Shown: positions 54,506 to 64,000 of the stretch, one piece after another | How the letters are laid out: every line of letters starts with the position of its first letter | Numbering within the stretch: position 1 is the first letter of the stretch | DNA from: Octopus sinensis | Taxonomy: Eukaryota | Assembly (NCBI RefSeq): GCF_006345805.1 | Contig: NC_043020.1 | Location: forward strand, 6,882,001 to 6,946,000 | Reading direction: 5' to 3' | Length of the DNA stretch: 64,000 bases | Notes under the pieces: model-generated | Told to the model about the DNA's origin: nothing | Databases searched by the model: none | What the model saw: the letters and a program-made list of their open reading frames with translations, nothing else | Translations under genes and position numbers: made by a program

Positions 54506-54899
54506 CCTCCATTTACCTATTTCTTTATTACCCACAAGGGGCTAAACACAGAGGGGACAAACAAGGACATAGGTATTAAGTAGATTACATCGACCCCAGT
54601 GCGTAACTGGTACTTATTTAATCGACCCCAAAAGGATGAAAGGCAAAGTTGACCTCGGTGGAATTTGAACTCAGAATGTAACGGCAGACGAAATACCTAT
54701 TTCTTTATTACCCACAAGGGGCTAAACATAGAGGGGACAAACAAGGACGGACATAGGTATTAAGTCGATTACATCGACCCTAGTGCGTAACTGGTACTTA
54801 ATTTATCGACCCCGAAAGGATGAAAGGCAAAGCCGCATCGAGAATGTGGGAGGGAGCAACAAGAGTCACAGACCGTGACGTTTTAATTAATAAAACCAC

Positions 54900-55210
54900 A
54901 AAGACTTACCCACAATTTACTCAACAGGTGTGTTTGAGGTTCGCTATTTTCTCGTCAACATACGAAGTTCGACATCAAGTTTTTCGCTTTTTCCACGGTA
55001 AATAAAAGAAATTTTTACTACATGAAGCTGGAGGTTGTTTTCCACTTTAAACTGATTTAAAACAAATAAAAAAAAAACCCCTGAGAATAATTTGGTTTTG
55101 TGTTGGAATATATACGAACATGCTTGCTTGCATGTGATGGTGGAAATGGCCTTCTCGAAAAAAGAGCGAATCGACGTTAAACGAGATGGCGTTAAACGAG
55201 GTATTACTGT
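54900..55210 (-). mobile_element. Possible pogo/Tigger-like element end
   Basis: Minus-strand terminus cagtaatacctcgtttaacg resembles Tigger TIRs; no partner TIR was found. Confidence 0.4.
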
Positions 55211-55306
55211 GCGCGCGCATATACGCACACGTGCGCGTGTGTATTTATTTATGCATTTCATCTAGGCTGTTGCCATGCAGAGGCACCCACAATGTACGTA
55301 TATATA

Positions 55307-55401
<95 letters not shown>

Positions 55402-55557
55402 TGGAGACGCTGTGTGGTAAGTAGCTTGCTAACCACCACATGGTTCCGGGTTCAGTCCCACTGCGTGGCATCTTGGGCAAGTGTCTTCTGCTATAGCCCC
55501 GGGCCGACCAAAGCCTTGTGAGTGGATTTGGTAGATGGAAACTGGAAGAAGCCTGTC

Positions 55558-55597
<40 letters not shown>

Positions 55598-56804
55598 TAT
55601 ATATATGTATATATATGTGTATGTGTGTGTATATGCTTGTGTGTCTGTGTTTGTCCCTCTAGTATTGCTTGACAACCGATGCTGGTGTGTTTACGTCCCT
55701 GTTACTTAGCGGTTCGGCAAAAGAGACCGATAGAATAAGTACTGGGCTTACAAAGAATAAGTCCCGGGGTCGATTTTGCTCGACTAAAGGCGGTGCTCCA
55801 GCATGGCCGCAGTCAAATGACTGAAACAAGTAAAAGAGTAAAAGAAAGAGTATATATGCACACACACACATATATATATATAGAGAGAGATAGGGGTTTT
55901 TTTTATTGCCTATTAAAGGCGCACATAGAGGGTACAATTCATATATATGGATATATACACGCCCATACATACGTATGTATTTATGTATGGATGTACAAAC
56001 GTACACGCTGGCGAATTAGCGGAGTCGTATGTGCGCTGAATAGATTGTTTTTAAGGCGGTACTCCAGCATGGCCGCAATCTGTTGACTGAAATCACAAAA
56101 AAAAAAGAAAAGAAAAGAAAAAAGTACATACGTATATATATTTTCATGTGCACACATGTATATACACATATATAAAGAGATATAGGCGCAGGGGTGGTTG
56201 TGTGGTAAGTAGCTTGCTAACCAACCACATGGTTCTGGGTTCAGTCCCACTGCGTGGCATCTTGGGCATGTGTCTTCTGCTATAGCCCCGGGCCGACCAA
56301 TGCCGATGCCGGTGTGTTCACGTCCCCGTTACTTAGCGGTTCGGCAAAAGAGACCGATAGAATAAGTACTTGGGCTTACAAAGAGTAAGTCCCGGGGTCG
56401 ATTTGCTCGACTAAAGGCGGTGCTCCAGCATGGCCGCAGTCAAATGACTGAAACAAGTAAAAGAGTAAAGAGATATGTTAAACGCGGGCGCGCATACACC
56501 CCCCCACACACACACACACGAATACACGTATTAAACGCGGGGACACACACACACGTATGTATATGGGAGAACTCTTACTCTTTTACTCTTTTACTTGTTT
56601 CAGTCATTTGACTGCGGCCATGCTGGAGCACCGCCTTTTAGTCGAGCAAATCGATCCCGGGACTTATTCTTTGTAAGCCCAGTACTTATTCTATCGTTCT
56701 CTTTTGCCGAACCGCTAATTAACAGGGACGTAAACACACCAGCATCGGTTGTCAAGCAATGCTAGGGGGACAAACACAGACACACAAACACACACACACA
56801 CACA

Positions 56805-56863
<59 letters not shown>

Positions 56864-58160
56864 TACGACAGGCTTCTTTCAGTTTCCGTCTACCAAATCC
56901 ACTCACAAGGCATTGGTCGGCCCGGGGCTATAGCAGAAGACACTTGCCCAAGATGCCACGCAGTGGGACTGAACCCGGAACCATGTGGTTGGTTAGCAAG
57001 CTACTTACCACACAGCCACTCCTGCGCCTATAAGAGAATATTTAACCTAAAACTTCGTCAGAGGTGGGGAGGAAAAAAGGAAAAAATAAAAAAACTGAAA
57101 TAAAATAAATTGAAATTGAATTTTCCGGTGAACGAACCAAAAACTATACACTTCTAAAAACGGAAAACGAAAAACGACACATACATACATACAAAAAAAA
57201 AAAAGATGTAATCTTTGAAATTATCTCTATTACACTTTTTATATCTCGTCAATAATTTGTGACATATCGAATAAATCATTTTAATTAATAGCTTTAGTAG
57301 TTTTAGTTAAGGTTTTTTAAAACGACGAGCAGAAATTAAAGACCCGACGTACACACAACACATACACGTACACACACGCCATGCAAGAACGAAAGAAAAT
57401 AAGGAAAGACCCTAATCTAACGAAATTAATCGGATAATATTTTGTAATGACTGTTTTATCAAGTGAAATAACAAGATGGAAACAGTAAATCATTCAAATC
57501 GTTCTTTTTACGAGTTTCTCGTTGTTTCACGTCTTTTTTCTGGGTTGTTATTTTGTTTCCTTATTGCGTAACGATGGAATTCGTAACCTGGAGTTAGTGA
57601 ATCGTTGATTTTACTCCCGTTAATACGATACGCCCGAACCTAGTCAAAAGAAAAAGAAACCCTGATTGAGGGCGTTTCAGCTCTGATGGTCGTAGCTGAA
57701 ATCTTTTCAACATCTTGTCCAATATATCCTTTCCTGTTTGGGCTTTTTTTTCCTTTAGAAACACCCACCTGGCCAGCTTTATTTGGAGTAGGGGTCGGGA
57801 AACTTTTTAAACCAATTACCCCCAAAAATATTTATTTGCGCCGATGTTACCCTTTTGAAAGGAAGAAAATCATAGATTCTTTGAATTCAAAAGGTTTATT
57901 GGATCTATTTATATGGCGAATACAATAATAAATATAAAAAGTATAAAACAAATGCATTAAAATAAGTTAATATCCTTTCCCCAGCTGGACGGGACGCCAG
58001 TCCATCGCAGCGTTACTCATTTTTGCCTGCTGAATAGACTGGAGCAACGTGAAATGAAGTGTTTTGCTCAAGGACACAAGACGTCGCCTGGTCCAGGAAT
58101 CGAAACCACAATCTTACGATCTTGGTGCTGACACCCTAACCACTAAGCCACGCGCCTCCA

Positions 58161-58200
<40 letters not shown>

Positions 58201-58334
58201 ATTTTAATTATGGCTAATGAGTCCTCATTACTCCCAAGAATTTCATAATGGTCGTTAAGTGTTGAAGGGTGACACGGATGCATCAGAAAAGTGTTCTGAT
58301 GAACTTTCTCTTTTAGTTTCGGATCCCATTCTGC

Positions 58335-58545
58335 CATCTTGACTGACTCGAAACTCACAGCATCTTCATCCAAATGCCTATGGCTTTCACGAATAAGGAA
58401 ATCTTTCTACGATCGTAACTTTTCCCCTCGAACTGCCAGACTTTGGAACTTTCTTCCATCTCAGTGGGGTTTTTTCTCCCCCTTCTTATTGCCTGAACTC
58501 TTTCAAGTTCAAAGTAAATACATTCTTTTCATTTTCGTAGTCTCT
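58335..58545 (+). mobile_element. 3' end of an L2/CR1-group LINE
   Basis: RIRKSFYDRNFSPRTARLWNFLPS...NSFKFKVN (F.PRT..LWNxLP motif). Confidence 0.75.
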
Positions 58546-59289
58546 TACGTTAAGTGACTTCTCGTCTTGTTTGGGACTTTCGAATAAAACCAACAATAGG
58601 ACAACCACATAATTTAGGCGACCAAGTCACTCCGTAAGCAGGTCCTATGAACAAACGAAGAAACATCTCCATTGTCAGTACGCTGTCTTGAACAAGAGGC
58701 GTAAACCAACATGGAAACCGCTTTGTGGTTGCTCAGTCTGCAAAGAAATAATCAGCCTTTCTCTAAATGAGGGGTCGGCGAACCGGGATAAATTACTTTC
58801 AATGGAATAAAAATGAAATTCTTGGGAGTAATGAGGACTCATTAGCCATAAGTAAAATTATATATATATGTGTGTGTGTGTGTGGAGGCGCGTGGCTTAG
58901 TGGTTAGGGTGTCAGCACCAAGATCGTAAGATTAAAGAAACAATTATATTTATAGAGGAAAGGCCGTCGGGGGCCGCCAGAAGGATGCTTAAGGGCCACT
59001 GGGTAGCCGAATGTTTAGGAAGTTTGTTTCGTAGTCATGAGGTCCTCGGTTTCATTCCAAGCGTCGTTTATTATAGTTCCAGGTCGAAATGAACCTTGGT
59101 GAGGTCGGGGAGTGAAATTGGATAAAGGGAAACTGTGGAAGCCTGTCCAATGATTTTTGTATTGGACTCAAACGAAGAGCATTTTGCCGTTTGTGTGTGG
59201 GTGGGTGCGAGAGAGAGTGTAATGGAGAGACAACGAAAGGAAAGAAGATATGGTTATACAGGAGTGATTGATAGTCAGATAAATCATTG

Positions 59290-59640
59290 GAAGCGATGAT
59301 GATGACGACGATGACGATGATGATGATGGTGATTATGAACATTATGATGATGATCATGATGATGATGACGATGGAGAGGAAGATAAGGGTAGAAGAGTGA
59401 CGACGACGATGATGATAAATGGTATTGTTGGTGTTGTTGCTGCTGTTGTTTGTTGTTGTTGGTGGTGGTGGTGGCGGTGGCGGCGGTGACGACGACGTCA
59501 GCGGCCGGTGGCGGCGATGGTTCTGGTGATTATAATGATGCACCTGATAATGATGATGACGACGATGATGATGACGATGATGATGACGATGATGACGATG
59601 ATGATGACGATGATGACGATGATGATGATGACGACGATGT
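59290..59640. repeat. (GAT/GAC/GGT)n triplet array
   Basis: Direct inspection. Confidence 0.9.
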
Positions 59641-61100
59641 CCCTCTACTGCAATGCCACCCTGCTTCTCAGCCACCCTCGCACCCAAATATCCAGCATTT
59701 CTACCACCCAATCCTTCCCGGATGTATAGCCATCCTCACACCAAACCACCCTGATATCCAATTACACTTAAACACCCGGCCGCCCTACTACCCACAAACC
59801 CACACATCCAGCTACCAACCCCATCCCAGATAACAAGCCACTCATCCACCCCTAGCTTTCTGAATACCAGTTGACTCAGATGTCCAATAACTCCACCACC
59901 CACATACCCAGACATCCACCCACTCAATCACCTATCTACCCAGATATCAATCCCCTCAGCCATATATCTACCCAGCTCTCATCCACCCACTCAACTACCT
60001 ATCTATCCAGATGTCAATATCCTCAACCATTTATCTACCCGCATACTTAGATATCTACCCACTATTCTACCCGCATATTTAGATGTCCACCCAATCAAAC
60101 ACCAGTCGACTCACATTCCCGTAAACGCACCCACCCAAATATCCATCCAGTCAACCACTCATCTATTCCTTCTTCGACCCTCTACCCACCCCAACAATTT
60201 GTCCATCCACTAACGATGGGGGCGGTCCAACCCGGGTGGTACTTTTAAAGGGGCGGCACTTTGGGATCTGCTGTAAGCAATAGGTGTTTGTTTTTTGGGG
60301 TCCAGGGGTGGAAAACAAAAGGGCCACCCCGGGCGGCACACACACTAGCTACGCTAGTGCGTCCATCCCTATTATCTACCCACCTGGCCCTACAATCTAT
60401 CCACCCTGAAGTTCTTTCCACCCCAATACCTATCCAGCCCTACTGTCTATGCACCCTACTATCTACTTATCTCCTAACCGATCCCTAATCCCGAACTACA
60501 TCCACTTATCTACCCGCCCACTAATTCTTAGCCACCCTTAATATCTATCCGCCTTACTTTCTTTTAACCAGTTAATACTGACCTACCCTTATCACCTACC
60601 TACCTACCCCTAATACATTCTCACCTCTACAATCTTCCCATCCACCCGTATATTCACACCAACATTCTGTCAAACCCCTAACACTAACCTACCCTTGTCA
60701 TCCACCAACGCCCTTTACCCACCTATCCTTATCACCCACCTACCCCTAATACATTCTCACATCTACTACCTACCATCCACCCGCATATCCACCTCTACTT
60801 TCTAGCAACCCCTAAAACTGGCCTACCCCTCTACACTCTCGCTTGTACTACCTACCCATCCACCCGTATATCCACCCCTGCTTTTTTATCAATCCACAAC
60901 TACGTACTAACACCATTACCCTCTACCCCTAATACATCCTCACTACTACTATCTACCCATCCACCCGTATATCTATCACCCACCTACCCCTAATACATTC
61001 TCACCTCTACTATCTACCCATCCACCCTTAATACTAGCCTACCCCTCATACATTCTCGCTTGTATTATTTACCCATCCACCCGTATATCCTGTCATTCAA
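59640..61100. repeat. C-rich degenerate minisatellite
   Basis: Core cctacccctaatacattctcacctctactatctacccatccacccgtatat recurs at ~60603, 60739, 60823, 60923, 60983 and 61038. Confidence 0.8.
60208..60359. mobile_element. hAT-type MITE inside the C-rich minisatellite
   Basis: TIR cactaacg / cgctagtg; 8-bp TSD tgtccatc / cgtccatc. Confidence 0.75.
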
Positions 61101-61644
61101 TCACCCTGTTTTTCCGTTATCCATCCACCCCGAACACAATCGCCAACCTTTGCTGGAAGCTACACTTGCTATGATCGATATGAATATCACCATGATCTGA
61201 TATCTGACCATATCGATTAAAATCGAACGCGTACACTTATCTCACCCACGTGACCCTGTGTATGCGGGAATACGTCCATATATATATGTGAGTGCAACTG
61301 TGTTTGTAGGTATATGTGCGTATGTACGTAGGCGTATGTGTGTGAGATGCGTATGTACGTGCATATATATATATATATATATATATGGTGTGTGTGTGTG
61401 TAGGCATACAATACTGTGTATATGTGTCCATTGTGTATGTATATGCATATGTGTGTATATATGTATATGTGCGTGTATATCTGCACAACACTATATACAT
61501 ATGTGTGTAAGAGAGAGAGTGTGTGTGTATGTATATATGTGTGTGCAACTGTATATGCGTGTGTGTGTATCCACGTACTTTATGTCTACATGCGTACATA
61601 CGTGTATACATGTATGTATTTATGTTTGTATCTATGTGTACATA

Positions 61645-61680
<36 letters not shown>

Positions 61681-61881
61681 TGAATGTATGCATGTGTGTA
61701 TGTATGCATGTGTGTATATGTGTATGTATGTATGTATGTATGTATGTATGTATGTATGAATGTATGCATGTATATATATATGTATGTATGTATGTATGCA
61801 TGTGTGCATGCATGCATGTATGTATGTATTATGTATGTATGTATATGTATGTATATATATATATATATATGTATATATATT

Positions 61882-61948
<67 letters not shown>

Positions 61949-62639
61949 CACATATATATATCATATATATGTATATATATTTTATATATATATATATATA
62001 TATATTACATATATATACACACACACGTATGTGTATAGATATGTGTGCGTCCGCGCGTGTGTATGTATAAGTGCGCAAGTGTATATGTGTATGTACGTGT
62101 ATGTATTTGTATGTATGTATATGTATGTATATCTATATGTGCTTCTGCGTGTGTGAGTATATAGAGTATATATGTATAGGTATGTATATGTATATGTGTG
62201 TGCATGTGTGTGCGTATGTACAACTGCATAAGAGTGTATGTGTATGTACACGTTTGTATATGCGTGTGTGTATATGTGTACGTGCTTCGGCGCGCGTGAG
62301 AGTTTATGTGTGTGTGTGCGCGAGTGTATGCATGAGTATGTGTATGTACGTGCACGTATGTGCGCATGTGCGTGTGTATGCGTGAGTATGTGTGTGTACG
62401 TTCGTGTGTGCGTGAGTATGTGTGTGTACGAGCGTGTGTGTGTGTATGCGTAAATATGTGTGTGTACGTGTGTGAGTATGTGTGTGTGTGTGTGCGTGTG
62501 TGCGTGTGTGTGTGTGTGCGCGTGTGTGTGTGTGCGTGTGTGTGTAGAACAGAGAGAAAGCGACGATCAAACCCGTCGTTCCGGCCTCCCCGTTGGTTAG
62601 ATGTCAGGTTTGATGTTTCTGTAATTCCTTTTGTCATAG

Positions 62640-62645
62640 ATTTTG
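62640..62645 (+). other. Candidate 6-nt microexon (or 3' end of a CpG-rich first exon)
   Basis: tttctgtaattccttttgtcatAG|ATTTTG|GTAAGT; splice signals only, no expression evidence. Confidence 0.3.
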
Positions 62646-62897
62646 GTAAGTGAGGACCGTGGCACTTGTGTGTTGCAGCATAATGCTTAGGATGGCGATG
62701 GCGAAGGAGGAGACGGTGATGGCGGTGGCGTTGGCGACGAGGAGCGGTGGGAAGAGGGGTGGCGCGCGGGGGGGGCGAGTGATATCCTGTAATAACAGTG
62801 TAATATTCACATATTCATATATACAGACATGAATACATTATATGTATATATGTGTCAGTGTTTGTGTGCGTGTGTGTGTACATACATTTATATGTAT

Positions 62898-62961
<64 letters not shown>

Positions 62962-63021
62962 AAGATATTGACATATATATGTGGGTGTGTTTGAGATGTA
63001 TGCACGTGTGTGTGTATACAT

Positions 63022-63052
<31 letters not shown>

Positions 63053-63085
63053 CATATACGTATACATATATAAATATGTACATAT

Positions 63086-63122
<37 letters not shown>

Positions 63123-63418
63123 GTACATATTATATATATAATATATATATATATATAATATATATATATATATACACATATACATACATACACGCAGACA
63201 CACATATACACACACAGAAATGTGTGTGTATATGTATGTATGCACGTATGTATGTATATCTTCAGACAAAAAAACATATAACACTGTTGTTGCTGGTTGC
63301 TGATCATGACAATAATACGTTAAAAAGAGAAGGAATTCAAAGAAAAAATAATACAACACTCCGCATAGTAATAACAACAATAACGACATAAATAACAACA
63401 ACAACAATAATAATAATG

Positions 63419-63467
<49 letters not shown>

Positions 63468-63839
63468 TAAAAATAAAAATAATAATAATAATAATAATAA
63501 TATATAACAATATGAATAACAATATAGGTACAAGGTGAGAAATCCAGAAACATAGATGTATTCAACTTCATCTCCGCCCTAGTCCCACCCCTCTGTTTAA
63601 AATGTAGCATCCGATATAGCTTCAAGCTTTCTATATCTCATACATCGGTATTTCGTACACAATCATCATTCTTATCACAAAACTTTCAATAAAAATAATA
63701 TCAAAGTAAGTTACAGCTGTATACTTAATATCTGACTATTGCCATAACAAGGATCAATAAATAAAAAGAAAAAAAAGAAGTTCCTCTCAGAGACATTCCA
63801 AACTCGTCACCTCAGTATATCGGTAGTAACATCACATAC

Positions 63840-63910
63840 TTCCCTCTTTAAGATATGAGATTCACAATGACAGTTTGCATGTTGTGTGAATCTGGTCCCT
63901 GTAGATGTTG
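63840..63910 (-). CDS. Candidate internal coding exon (71 nt), peptide xTSTGTRFTQHANCHCESHILKRE
   Basis: Acceptor aacattttatttttccAG, donor GAA|GTATGT, exactly one open frame. The F-x-x-H-x-x-C-x-C pattern recalls the end of PDGF/VEGF cystine-knot domains, but this is speculative. Confidence 0.3.
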
Positions 63911-64000
63911 CTGGAAAAATAAAATGTTTACATTGGTATCAGAGAGGGATCTTTTAAAGATAAGTATGCACAGCACGTATATTCGTTCGGACATATTGAT

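Noticed and set aside
57686-57928. 80-aa ORF with a hydrophobic stretch
   Set aside because: No recognisable family and no acceptor; length is within chance expectation.
60520-61100. Repeat-spacer (CRISPR-like) pattern
   Set aside because: Spacers are mutually related, variable in length and low-complexity, so this is a minisatellite.

Overview
AT-rich eukaryotic DNA, almost entirely repeats. The SINE families, microsatellite density and repeat types point to a coleoid cephalopod (Octopus-like). That assignment is inferred from recalled repeat families, not from a database search. No host protein-coding gene can be called with confidence. Every long ORF in the six-frame track lies in TA/CA or triplet microsatellites and is an artefact. 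The window holds four SINE-like families (called A-D here), a near full-length defective mariner, two other mariner remnants, piggyBac- and hAT-type MITEs, a non-autonomous Helitron, and 3'/internal fragments of RTE, CR1/L2, R4/Dong and CRE non-LTR elements. The best lead is a set of three copies of a type I hammerhead-ribozyme motif (CUGAUGA...GAAAC-AAUU-GUC, palindromic stem III, long stem II insert). Two of these form a divergent inverted pair, as expected for Penelope-like pseudo-LTRs. Further hammerhead-like motifs with non-canonical cores occur in other fragments. Other leads are a hierarchical 65/130/260-bp array inside a retroelement, tandem Dong-like ends in a (TAA)n tract, a local inverted duplication, recursive-splice-like CAG|GT sites, a candidate minus-strand Cys-rich exon and a plus-strand 6-nt microexon. 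All alignments were done by eye, so coordinates of degenerate repeats are approximate.
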